Assembly: GCF_006345805.1 (NCBI RefSeq)
Contig: NC_043012.1
Location: forward strand, 6,944,001-7,008,000
Origin: Octopus sinensis
Taxonomy: Eukaryota
Direction of reading: 5' to 3'
DNA length: 64,000 nucleotides
Positions within the stretch are counted from its first letter, which is position 1. The number at the start of each line of letters is the position of its first letter. Positions 12,216 to 24,761 of this stretch are shown in pieces. The notes under the pieces were generated by a model, which saw only the letters and a program-made list of their open reading frames with translations, was not told the origin of the DNA and made no database searches. Made by a program: the position numbers and the translations under genes.

Positions 12216-12937
12216 CTAAAAAGTAGTCCGCCACCCACAACCTTCAGTGTGGTTAGGTGACTATGCAAATCTAGGAGTCGATTCTGATTACGGATTTCCT
12301 AATTAAATGTAATGACTGGTATTTAACATTCCGTCCCACATTAAACTAATTCCACATAGCTATCGACCCCCCCCCTCCATCTCCAGCACACCGCCACCGA
12401 CTAGCACCAGAAGCTCTTCTAAATTGGTCTCATTTGCGAGTGGTGTTTGTGTTATTAAAAGCAGGCAAAGAGAAGCAAAAGCGTGAGAGAGACAGGAAGG
12501 GGGGAGGAGGAAGAGAGAGACAGAGTGAGTGAGAGAAAGAGGAGAGAGTTGTTTAACTCCAAGTCAAACCTGACTATGTTCTTTTTAAATACATACCACC
12601 CATGACCATCTAGAAGAGAGCGATAAAAAACAGAGCTAGTGCACACATATTATGTATGTATGAATGTATGTATGTATGTACGCATGTATTTATGTATGTA
12701 TGTATGTATGTATGTATGTATGTACGCATGCATGTATGTATGTATGTATGTATGTATGTATGTATGTATGTATGTACGCATGCATGTATGTATGTATGTA
12801 TATATATATATATATGTGTGTGTTTATATATATATATATATAACAGAAAGGGAGGAATTTAGATTATCCCCACGTGGTGAGTTGTACGCATAGATCAAGT
12901 ACTGTCAACGCCGAAGGGTTGTGGGCACCGGGCGCAC

Positions 12938-13004
<67 letters not shown>

Positions 13005-13034
13005 TCTGTGTGTGCGTGTGTGTGTATGTATGCA

Positions 13035-13440
13035 TGTATGTATGTATGGCAATTTCCTGTTTCTGAAATGCAAACGCATAACTTTCAAAGTGTGATGTAA
13101 TGGTTTTGCGCCCAAGAGAGGTTGCAATTCGTGTCAATTCTACTGTCTCCTTCAAGCTTCCGGGTAACATACCCATGCATAGTCTTTTTTTCTTTTTTTG
13201 TATTCTGAGTGCTTTCCATCCAGGTCTTATTTGAGGCCAGGGAACCCAACTGTTTTGGGGCTGAGTAGGAGATCATGAGGAGGAGAATGCTTCTTGAGGA
13301 GCTCACTGCCAACTCGTACTATGATGCTCACTTCCCTTTTCAGCACTGCATTTATATATTTATTTTTGCTGCTGTTGTTTAGCATTCGAAGGCCGTATGC
13401 ATGTATATTGTATTGCATTGCATTGGTGGTATTGTTAAAA
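13035..13440 (-). mobile_element. R4/Dong-clade non-LTR retrotransposon internal fragment (frameshifted)
   Basis: Joined frames read KKTMHGYVTRKLEGDSRIDTNCNLSWAQNHYITSHFESYAFAFQKQEIA. This resembles the K.(M/L)HG...D...S..W...E....A.QEQ region between RT and the CCHC finger of R4/Dong elements. Confidence 0.7.
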
Positions 13441-13464
13441 ATAGTTCTCTGATTAGATACATAT

Positions 13465-13663
13465 ATAGGCGCAGGCGCGGCTCTGTGGTAACAGGTTTCT
13501 TTCTCAACCACATGGTTCCGGTTTCAGTCCCACCGTGGGTCACCTTGGGCAAGTGTCATCTACTATAGCCTCGGGTCGACCAAAGCCGTTTGAGTCGATA
13601 TTGTAGATGGAAACTGAAAGACGCCTGTTGTGAATATGTATGAGTGTGTGTGTGCGCGCGCGC

Positions 13664-13704
<41 letters not shown>

Positions 13705-13900
13705 TGTCTGTTTGTCTCCTTACCACCATTGTTTGATAACCGGTACTAGTGAGTTAGCAATCCGGCAAAACAGATTGATAGAATAAGTATGAGGCTGAAA
13801 TTCAAGTACTGGGGTCAATTCATTCAACTAAAATTCTCTAAAGAGGTACCCCAGCATGGCCGCAGTTTAATGACTGAAGCAAATGAAGGATAAAAGACAG
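13465..13900 (+). mobile_element. SINE family B, full length, diverged
   Basis: Head ggcgcaggcgcggctctgtgg, ccttgggcaagtgtc, internal (GT)n, tail cccagcatggccgcagtttaatgactgaagc. Confidence 0.8.
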
Positions 13901-15019
13901 TGTTTCGTAGAGTTGCGACGCTAGACCTATGGGTTCGCAAGGATGCTTTTTAGGTATCTAGGCAGAATTTTGGCTCAGCGTAGGTAAAGAACCACCCACG
14001 ACAAATACTGCTAGGAATCCGATTCGACATTCATATAGATCCACTAATCTATCGCTCTGGACTGGTATTTATTTTAAAGACCCCAAAAAGATGAAAGGCA
14101 AAGTTGACTTCGGCGGGATTTGAACTCAGATTGGGCAGCAAACAATTGGAATAAGTACCGCTCATACCATTCTACCTTGACTTGCACGCTGCGTCCTTAC
14201 GTGCCACCCTCTTCGAGCTTCGATCCATTTCGTTATAGACATTACTACTAATATGAAAATAATTACAAAAACTATTTTGAACACATAAATTAATGATATT
14301 TTCAAGAATTCTATTTTTTATGAACACGGAAACTTCAATTATCTAAATATATCTGTTAACATTATCATTTCGCAATTTCCTTTGGGAAATATTCCAACTG
14401 ACTTGTTGCGAAGACAAAATTGTCTCTCAACAGGTTCTTCAATCTGATATACGATGAAGTTTACAAGTACGACATAAAGATGTGAAACCATTGTTGAAAT
14501 GTAATCAATCATTTGTTTAGAAACAAACTATGGCATCTGTTGTTAAATCAAGTGTTGGCTCTTTTATTCTATTCTCTTGTATTTAGTTAACTTAACGCTT
14601 CGAATCATAGCAACATCACACTGTCAAAACCACTCATACGTCTAGTCAATATAGTTTAGTACAGTAGAGTGTCCGCACAAAAGCTTTCAGGTTGAAATCC
14701 CATCGTTGTCGACTTCGAATTTCATTGTTCAGAGGCTGGAAGATGAGCTTGACAAAATAAGGGCTAATTAAGAACGTGGAGGGCAAATATATATATTCTA
14801 CTGCACCAACACTAAATTTGATGCCTTGGAGATGTGTTACAAATATTTTATCTTTTCTAAACAAAGCTTGCTTTGCAACCAAATGCTTTCGAGTTCGGTC
14901 TCACTGTGCGGCACCATTCGTAAGTGTCTTCTATTATAGTCGCGGACCCACCAATGCCTTGTAAGGGAATTTGGCTTATAGAATCTGTTTAGCAGTATCT
15001 GTTCTGTCTAAGGCGGCAA

Positions 15020-15610
15020 AATGGCAGAATTATTAGCACGCTGGACGAAATGTTTAACGACGTTTTGTCCGTTTTTACATTCTGAGTTTAAATTCCACCG
15101 ATGTCCACTTTGCCTTTAATCCTTTCGGAATCGATAAAATAAGTGCCAGTCATATAGTGGGGACGATGTAACCGACCAGCCCTCTTCCCCCTATACTAGA
15201 AAGGTGTGCCTATATGAGAAGGAGTATTTGTTCCGTCTCATTTACGTTCTGAGTTCAAATTTCGCCGAGGCTAACGCTGTCTTTTATTCTTTCGGGATCG
15301 ATAAAACGAAATAATTAAGAACAGACGTTGAAGAAATCGATTAACTCCCTCCCCGCAAAACTTGTGACTTTGTGCCTCTATTAGAAACCATTATTTGAAG
15401 AGAGCTGGTAGGATCGTTATGGAGTCGGTAAAATGCATTGCAGTATTTATAGCGACCCTTTTAACGTTCTCGTTCAAATCCTACCGGGATTTCATTATTT
15501 TGGGTGTCGATAAAATAAAATAGCAATCAAGTACATGATTTCATGTAATCAATTGACTGCTTCCCTTCAAGGTAGCTGATCTTGTGTCTAAATTACAAAT
15601 CACCATTTGA
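15020..15610 (+). mobile_element. Three adjacent decayed family A SINE copies
   Basis: Three successive degenerate gttctgagttcaaatt...tttcgg..tcgataaaa blocks. Confidence 0.7.
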
Positions 15611-16024
15611 AGAGATCTGTAGATGATTTAGAGAAAACAGTGTTGGGGCATTATTATCAGTGAGAGGAAATCTTGAGAAGCTTTTGGCTTCTTGGTTAAA
15701 AATAAAACCAATTCTTTTTCTCTACGCTCCATGTCATTATTGTATTTGTGAAAGGAAATAACCAAAAATCGCGGGTCACGTCATCACACGGCGCTGTAAA
15801 CACAATGTTTGTTTTGCATTCTAAATTACTTCGGATGTAAATAAGAAATCATTAATTTAAATTCAAAATGAATAACTAAATAAATAAATAAGGAGAGTGA
15901 GCTATTTGAAGGCCGAAATGAAAATGGCTACCGTATCTGTTATTTTTGCTAAATTCGACTCTAATTTATCTCAACAGTTATAGACTGTAATTAAAACAAA
16001 TCTGAAACTTCCCAACTATTTTTA

Positions 16025-16037
16025 TTAATGTTGTTGC

Positions 16038-16134
<97 letters not shown>

Positions 16135-16135
16135 G

Positions 16136-16182
<47 letters not shown>

Positions 16183-16280
16183 GTTATTATTATTATTGTT
16201 GTTGTTGTTGTTATTATTATTATTATTATTATTGTTATTATTATTATTATTATTATTGTTATTATTATTATTATTATTGA
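16025..16280. repeat. (ATT)n/(GTT)n microsatellite, about 255 bp
   Basis: Direct reading. It explains the poly-L, poly-N and poly-I ORFs. Confidence 0.98.
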
Positions 16281-16652
16281 AGTGATGTTGGAGTTTAAAA
16301 ACATTGCTAATCAAGAAGACCTTTGAAAAATCGGGTGAAAATCTTTACATTGTAATTAGACATTAATTAAGGAGATGGGTGAAAAGAAAATACCAAATTA
16401 ATTATTTCTTTTTTTAAGTAGAAGATTAAAAAAAAAAACAGAAGAGAGAATTCGCTTTAAAAAAGTTTTCTATTTTTAGGTTTCCAACTTTTTGTTTTTT
16501 GGTTGGTTGGTTGGTTGGTTGGTCGGTTGGCCGGTTGTTGACATAAGTGAAAGAGAGGTTATATGTAAGACAACATATAATTTAGCACAAGACGTTATTG
16601 ACAGTGTGATTGAGTGTGTGTGTTTGTGTGTGTGTGTGTGGGGGTGCGTGTA

Positions 16653-16729
<77 letters not shown>

Positions 16730-16942
16730 TATATACGCACATGAGTTAAGGCCAAGGATATTTTGATTAAATGAAAGAACACATTGTCGCAGGAGACTGT
16801 GAAATATAAAAACAATTGGTTTCAATTTATCGTACTTCGGTAAGAAATGAATCCACAACCTTCCGTCTTAATATACCTTTTTTTTTTATATACTACGGAT
16901 TACTTGAAGCTAACTTTCTTCCTACACCTCGATCTATGGATT

Positions 16943-16973
<31 letters not shown>

Positions 16974-16993
16974 TATATATATTATATATATAT

Positions 16994-17028
<35 letters not shown>

Positions 17029-17107
17029 ATATATGTATATATGCATATATGTATATATATATATATAATATATATATATATTATATATATATATATGTAT
17101 ATATGCA

Positions 17108-17160
<53 letters not shown>

Positions 17161-17284
17161 ATATATATATTATATATATATATATTAATAGTGATAGTAT
17201 GACAACAAAAGGATGAATGCGACCTCGATATTATGTAAATTTTATTTAGGCAACCGAATAATTGTCACATATTTTACGCATGTC

Positions 17285-17332
<48 letters not shown>

Positions 17333-17564
17333 TCTTTGTGTATGTGTTTGTCCTTCCACCACCGCCTGACAACCTGTGTTGGTCTGTTTGCGTTCCCATA
17401 TGCTAGCGGTTCGGCAAAAGTGAGGGATAGAATAAGAAGCAAGGCTTAAAGAAAATAAGTACTAGGGTCGACACAGTCAACTAAAACGTCATGGTGGTGC
17501 TCCAGTATGGCCGCAGTCCAATGATTGAAACAAGTAAAAGGGTAAAAAAATAAATATATAAGCA

Positions 17565-17600
<36 letters not shown>

Positions 17601-18894
17601 ACTGTATCGACCAAATTTTTGGATGATGTCATATATCGCTGGTTATTGAGGTTTTTATTGAGATCAGCTTGCTGGCTTAGCGGGCAGGAAGGCGGGCAAG
17701 CAGGCAAGCATTACTCCTGTCCGTGGCAATATTATCGCCTTACAGCTGAGTGGACTGAACCAACATGAAATGACATTTTGCTCAAAATCACAATGCTCCG
17801 GCGGCCTGGGAGACGAAACCACGATCTTGCGATCGCGACTGACCATGCATGTTCACACACACACATGTGACGGGCTTCTTTCAGTTTTCGTCTATAAAAT
17901 CCACTCACAAGACTTTAATCAGCCTGAGGCTATACATAGTAGAAGACACTTGCCCAAGATACCACGCAGTGGGACTGAACCCAGAATCATGTGATTGGGA
18001 AGCAAGCTTCTTACCACGCCGCCACTTCTGCGCCTGTATTAGGTTAAAGAGTAGACATTAATCTTATTTCGCCACTCTACAGGAGATCGCTTTATTGTGT
18101 TGACCAGAACACTGATTATAAAACAACTTAAACACAGTAGAGTTTGTGAACCATTTGAAAAGCCCCGTGGTGGCAATTTCATTTGATTTATTTATAGGTC
18201 TTTCCATTGGGAAATGTGTTAACATTACAACTCTCCTGTACATGCCTTTGAGCTCTTTGCTGCTAATTACGCATTAATAATTAAATGTGATAAGGACTGG
18301 TTAAACAATTGATTGTACATACACCTGCGGGGGATAATTAAAATTTTAAACATATATATATTGTCCAGCGCTTAAAGGCGCTTTACGTAGTTAATCTACT
18401 TGCTAAAAATGGCAGCCAAATCTCCTACGGTCTTGAAATATGGATAGACGAATTTAAGAAAAAAATGTGATAATCATAGCTGGAACGCTAATTTGATTAA
18501 AACAACTACAAATAAATTAAGAGTTTCATATTTTGCTAAAGTTAGCCTTATGATCAATGCTGTTCCTTATATGCCTATTCCTTCGTATTTTAGGCGTATT
18601 TAAAACCGTCAAAGAACGTCTTCTTTGGGTCGGTTTGCCATCTTAAAATCAAAGGTTCAAAGTAAACCATATGGTTAAAAAAAAACTTAGCAGAATACGA
18701 GCTGAGTTCTTAATTCTATGGCTGTATAAGCCACATAACCCTTTGCCTGTCCAAAGTATTTTCATAAGTTTGTTCAAAACGTCTATTTATTTTCAAAATT
18801 TTAATAATTAGGAGCAATACGTTTTGGTACAACATTAATTGGTGGATAACATACATACATGCATGCATACATATATTTATTTATCTTTGTATGG

Positions 18895-18925
<31 letters not shown>

Positions 18926-18926
<1 letters not shown>

Positions 18927-19134
18927 GCTGAAAAGTTCCAGGCTTTGAGTAAAAGACAATACGGGAGGATCAGTTAATTATGATTTTATTGAATATATTC
19001 CAGTTTCAGATTCACACACTTATTGCAGCGGTCCTTCAGTTTTTCCAAGTTCTGTAAAAGAACTCGGAAGGTTGGGCCTTTTACCCGGACCTTTCGTGAT
19101 ACCCTTAGAACCAGGAGCTTTTCAGCATTCCTTC

Positions 19135-19138
<4 letters not shown>
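18926..19138 (-). mobile_element. Mariner-derived MITE (about 215 bp); second copy at about 29354-29575 (+)
   Basis: Inverted ends gctgaaaagttccaggct / accaggagcttttcagc. The two copies align along their length and retain a mariner-like C-terminus ([18 protein letters not shown] in the 29.4 kb copy). Confidence 0.75.
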
Positions 19139-19176
<38 letters not shown>

Positions 19177-19233
19177 TATATATATGTGCATGTATGTATA
19201 TATATATATATATATATGCATATATGTATATAT

Positions 19234-19325
<92 letters not shown>

Positions 19326-20046
19326 TATATATATATACAGAGAGAGAGAGGGGGTGGAATAGAAAGAGGGAGAAAGAAAGAGGGAGAAAGAAAGAGGGAG
19401 CGGGTAGCCTTTATTTTATACGTTCTGAACGATACACAGCTTTCCTTGTATAAGTCCCAAGTTGCTCTGATGATCGAAGAAGTAGCAATAAGTGTGGTAG
19501 TGTATCATATACGATGTCTGGATGTCAGGAAAATATGTCCTGTGTATCACTTGAGATACACAGGACAGACAAATTATCAAATCGATATGTCTCACTTCAC
19601 TTGATTGATTAGAACAGTTTGTAGCTTTGAGCTAGCCTAACACGCCAGAAAATGTTGCTCTTCTCTCTTATTAGTGTAATACTTTCTAAATTAGAATGAA
19701 TTATATGTAATATAATGCTTTGATTTGTGAATGAATTAAAGAAAACAGCAATGTAAATTTGGTGAAAGGACGCTGAAATGATAGAAAAGTAGGGCGTCAA
19801 ATAAAAGCTCTGTTTAGAGTTTTGTCTCTTAATATTCTGCTGTCATACCCCGACAGACTTTACTTTCTTTCATCTTCTCAAATCGCAAAGATCAATAATT
19901 GATAAAGTAAGTATCAAAACGTGTGCTGCTGTGATGTAAGGAGTTCTATCGATTATAATCCTTTCACCAAAGTGAGAAACCAAATTTGACTAAAAACACT
20001 GTATATAGGAAATTATTATAATTTCATTATTATTATCATTATTATT

Positions 20047-20083
<37 letters not shown>

Positions 20084-20221
20084 GACTTCTCAGAACTTTC
20101 GGTCTTACTTGCTCTGATTGAATTAGTGAGATCGGACAGCAACCTGTTGTCAGAGATCTCACAGGGTTTCTTTCCGCAAATTATAGGCTTTGGTACTTGA
20201 ATGTTAACATATCTTGAGAGT

Positions 20222-20695
20222 AGCACACGCCATCAAAGTGACACTGGGGTACGAATACACAAAGTCTGATATACCCATCATGACTACCCGTCTGATAAGG
20301 GAACACCAGGCACATGCATTACAACCGTGTGTCACCACATGATGAGCTCATATCAAAATAAACTGCGCAGGAACTTACAGCTAGTACCCTGTTATAATTA
20401 TTTTCAGGTCGAGTAACCCTTTCCGCTCAAAAGGTCCCTGAATAAGGGTTGTTTAAGGATGATAAAGGAAACACACATGTCTCCAGGTGTGAATTATTCA
20501 AACCCAAAAGGAATTTTCTCAGTTCATGATGTTCCCCCACTGTGATGCTCCCCCACGACTCCTGCTCCTGATCAGAGATGCACATATCGTCAGCCACCAA
20601 GAGACGTGCTCAATTGGTTAAGGTCAAACAACTGACAAGCAAATCTGTGGCAGAGAGCGGAATATTTGCTGTAACACATCTTTTACACCGAGTCG
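20222..20695 (-). mobile_element. About 470-bp non-coding dispersed repeat; second copy at 41197-41660 abutting (TAA)n
   Basis: The two copies align end to end (catcatgactacc, ccgctcaaaaggtccctgaataa, tcaaacaactgacaagcaaatctgtgg). No tRNA head and no ORF seen. Confidence 0.75.
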
Positions 20696-20894
20696 CAACA
20701 TGTGCATGTTAACACTTTCCATTAGTTACTTCATTAGTTACTTTGTGAACTCCAGACAAAGTGTTGGACATCATGAGCTTCAGCCGGGTTAGCTTAACAC
20801 CACCGCGTTCACAGAGGCCATGAAAACCACTGACTCATACTTAATATTTGTCCCTCTCATCCTTCACCCTAGTGGCAAATAAATGAAATTGTCT

Positions 20895-21182
20895 TTGCTT
20901 TTCATCCTTTCGGGGGTCGATAAATTAAGTACCAGTTACGTACTGGGGTCGATCTAATCGACTGGCCCCCTCCCCTCAAATGTCAGGCCTTGTACCTATA
21001 GTAGAAATGATGCTTAGCGTTATTTCATGTCTCTATGTTCTGAGTTCAAACTAGGCTGAGGTCGACTTTGCCTTTCATCCTTTCGGGGGTCGATAAATTA
21101 AGTGCCAGTTGCGTATTGGAGTTGATCTAATCGACTCACCTACTCCCCCATAATTTCGGGCCTTGTGCTTAGAGTAGAAAAG

Positions 21183-21185
<3 letters not shown>
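20895..21185 (+). mobile_element. SINE family A, two tandem bodies with alternative tail, followed by (ATT)n
   Basis: Two successive cctttcatcctttcgggggtcgataaattaagt...ggccttgt.c.ta.agtagaaa units. Confidence 0.8.
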
Positions 21186-21264
<79 letters not shown>

Positions 21265-21265
<1 letters not shown>

Positions 21266-21480
21266 GTTTTTTCCTTCTTCAAATGTTCTTCCGTTTCTCG
21301 CCGAGTGTTTTCCATACACCTAGGGCAGAGAAGCTCATTGTATGCATTCCCAGATTACGCGCGCAAATTCACAGATGTAATATGTATTTAAAAATTAATA
21401 AATAAATAAATTCATGGATGGATGTTGTTTTCGCAGCGATAATGCTCTTCTCAGTACATGAGCCGTTCCAGTTAATACGA

Positions 21481-21482
<2 letters not shown>
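21265..21482 (-). mobile_element. Second 5'-truncated R4/Dong-clade 3' end inside (TAA)n
   Basis: Minus strand encodes KIVLTGTAHVLRRALSL, followed by a 3' UTR. (TAA)n lies on both sides. Confidence 0.8.
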
Positions 21483-21529
<47 letters not shown>

Positions 21530-21683
21530 CGTATAACAGACGTTTGCAGGCATAAGTTATAATATACAAGACAGTGTTCCGTCGCTGTTTGAAGCGTTCC
21601 TGTCAGAGAAAAGAAACACTAAGAACATGTACAAGTGAACGCGGTGGTGTTAAGCTCATGATGTCCAACACTTTGTCTAGAGT

Positions 21684-21962
21684 ACTGGCGGCGAGCTGGC
21701 AGAAACATTAGCACGCCGGGCGAAATGCGTAGCCGTATTTCGTCTGCCGTTACGTTCTGAGTTCAAATTCCGCCGAGGTCGACTTTGCCTTTCATCCTGT
21801 CGGGGTCGATTAAATAAGTACCAGTTACGCACTGGGGTCGATGTAATCGACTTAATCCGTTTGTCTGTCCTTGTTTGTACCCTCTGTGTTTAGCCCCTTG
21901 TGGGTAGTAAAGAAATAGGTACTGTAGTCGCCTTGAGATGCCATATTTAGAATAAAGAAATA
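21684..21962 (+). mobile_element. Young family A SINE with 18-bp TSD and a 3' extension
   Basis: TSD caacactttgtctagagt at 21666-21683 and 21963-21980. Confidence 0.92.
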
Positions 21963-22124
21963 CAACACTTTGTCTAGAGTTCACAAAACTGATGAGGTAA
22001 GCTTTATGATCCATCAAATACACATCTACTTCAAAAAACTTTATGCGACAAAAAAACAGCATATAGATATTTTAAATTAAGGAAATAATCATGTTTTGTA
22101 CTATATGATAGCTTTTATAGGTTA

Positions 22125-22530
22125 TTTGTTTGTCATTGGACTGCGGCCATGCTCGGGCACCGCTTTGAAAGGTTCTTTAGTCGGACGAATTTTCCCCAAC
22201 GCTTATTGCTAAAGCCCGGCACTTATTCTGTCTGTTTCTAGTTTGTCGAACCGCTAAGTTAAGCGCACATAAACAAACCTGCAACAGTGGTGGGTGACAA
22301 AGACACACACACGCATATATATATATGTGTGTGTGTATGTATGTATGTGTGTGTGTATGTGTGTGTGTGTGTGTATATGTATGTGTATACGATGTTTCTG
22401 TCTACCAAATCCACTCATAAGGCTTTGGTTTGGCCCAGAACTATAGTAAAAGACACTCATGGTACCACCCAGGAGAACTGAACCCCAAAACTAAGTGGTT
22501 GAGAAGCAAACTTCTTACTACACAGCCATG
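22125..22530 (-). mobile_element. SINE family B, diverged
   Basis: Tail cattggactgcggccatgc, internal (GT)n/(TA)n, ctaccaaatccactca block. Confidence 0.8.
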
Positions 22531-23129
22531 TTTGTGCTTATTTCTAGAGTTTTATTTAATTGGCTTCCATTTTATATTGCTATACGTAAAAGAAAAAAAA
22601 TACCCGTGATCTCATCTTAAAAACATCGCAATGACTCCAACAAAACTTCCGTATGGACTGTTGGTGGTTAAAGTGGACTGCGTTATAAATAACTGGCTAA
22701 AACTACCGAATCTATCTCATTTGACTCTATGAATAGGAAAAAATAATAATTAAAAAGAACCTTGTTAAAAATAGTTCTTCAGAAAACTCGAAGGAGGTAT
22801 GAGGAGATGATTTTGTGGGGAAAATATTGGTAAAATCAAAATAAGCAAATGTCAAAATTCTTGAGGAGTGAATCCATTAATTTCCAAATCTCAGAAAATC
22901 TGAGAAAAGCAAATGCAGAAAACAAGTTGATAATAATTGAAAATGTTTTTGCAAAGTGAAATGTCTGTGGTTCTTCTTCCTTTTTTTTTTTCAGTTTTGT
23001 CTTGTAATTTTGCTTCACGCCTAAGTTCATTCATTTTACAGCTGAAGAATGTTATGCTAGTTGTTGTTCTTGCTGCTGTTATCGACGTTACAGATCTATA
23101 TTTAAGAGATGAGGAATTTTGTACATTAT

Positions 23130-23535
23130 TTACATCTTCTCTGGATTGGTCTTGGGAACAGACTCCTCAGGCAATTCCTCCTAGGATCCTATCAGACACA
23201 ACCGTCTTTAGATTTTCCAGGTGGATTTACAAGCGTGACAACCTGTGACTATGGGTATTATCCAACCATCTTGAACTTGGTCTCCCCCTAGATCCCTTGT
23301 CTGTCGTTTCGGCTTGAAGAGCTCATCTTGTGATCGTTTCTTGCGACATTCTAATCGCATGTCCGTTGTGATCCGGAGCTGTGACTTCTCGATGGGGAGA
23401 AGTAACAACCCGACATCCCTGATATCCGAGCCACGCACCCTGTCGAGTAACGATACTCCAGAGATCCATCGAAGGAACCCCATTTTGGCTGCTTCTATTT
23501 GCAATCGTACCCTTTCGGTCGTTACCCAAGAATTT
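23130..23535 (-). mobile_element. RTE-clade LINE 3' fragment (pseudogenised)
   Basis: Minus strand reads SWVTTERVRLQIEAAKMGFLRWISGVSLLDRVRGSDIR...IEKSQLR, matching the RTE post-RT motif IQAAEM.FLR.I.G....D.VR. Confidence 0.85.
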
Positions 23536-23643
23536 TCATTTTATTACATGCAAATTCAATGAAAGGGCGTTGAATTGACTGAAAAGTTAGAGCACTGCAT
23601 TAAATGTTTTATACCCTGAATAAAGAAAATAAGAAAGGCAAAA

Positions 23644-23721
<78 letters not shown>

Positions 23722-24402
23722 GAGAAAATTGTGGAGGCTTTAAAAAAATATTTCATAGTAGTTTTCTGCGATAGAAATCAAACGAGACACGAGAAGATGG
23801 AGGGAAAATATTGGTAAGATCAAAATAAGAAAATGTCAAAACACTTGAGTATGGAAATCATAAATTTCAAAACCAAATAAAATAGATTTTCTCCTAAAAT
23901 CTATTTGAGAAAAGCAAATGTAGAAAACAACTTGATAAAAATCGAAATAAATGTGGGCGTATGTAGGTCGTTTTATAATTATTTTCTTTCTCACTCTCTC
24001 TTTCCTGGATCCCTTTCTTAAAACTTACTGCCGATGGCTTGTCAGTTAACAAAATCAAATTAACAATTCTTGGGAATGTTACCTTAAATAAAAGCAGATC
24101 ACAGCTATTAAATCTAATTTAATTCCCTCACAATCGCTTGAAATCTACGCCACTTTTGTTTGTTGTTGTTATTGGTGAAATCCTAATCGAACTGATCTAT
24201 GATAGAAAGAGTTCCAACTGTGACCATCCCATCTTTTTTAAGGGTATTTTGAATTGTATTACATATGTTCTTTTCTTAAGAGTCGGGGTAATATCTGAGG
24301 GTATTTGGATGCAATTCTAGAAAGGTTTTCTCTTTGACTCCAATCTAATAGCATGAAGCACGCTACAAACTGCGATGTAAAAATGGCTACCTCTGTCTAC
24401 AG

Positions 24403-24464
<62 letters not shown>

Positions 24465-24467
<3 letters not shown>

Positions 24468-24695
24468 ATTTCTTTATTGCCCACAAGGAGCTAAACATAG
24501 AGGGGAAAAACAAGGACAGACAAACGGATTAAGTCGATTATATCGACCCCAGTGCGTAACAGGTACTTATTTAATCGACCCCGAAAGGATGAAAGGCAAA
24601 GTCGACCTCGGCGGAATTTGAACTCAGAACGTAGCGGCAGGCGAAATTCCGCTAAGCATTTCGCCCGGCGTGCTAACGATTCTGCCAGCTTGCCG
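24465..24695 (-). mobile_element. SINE family A monomer with (GTA)n tail
   Basis: Near-consensus head and core. The tail aaagaaataagtagtag runs into the (TAC)n tract at 24405-24465. Confidence 0.9.
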
Positions 24696-24709
24696 TCTTG
24701 CTGCTGCTG

Positions 24710-24761
<52 letters not shown>

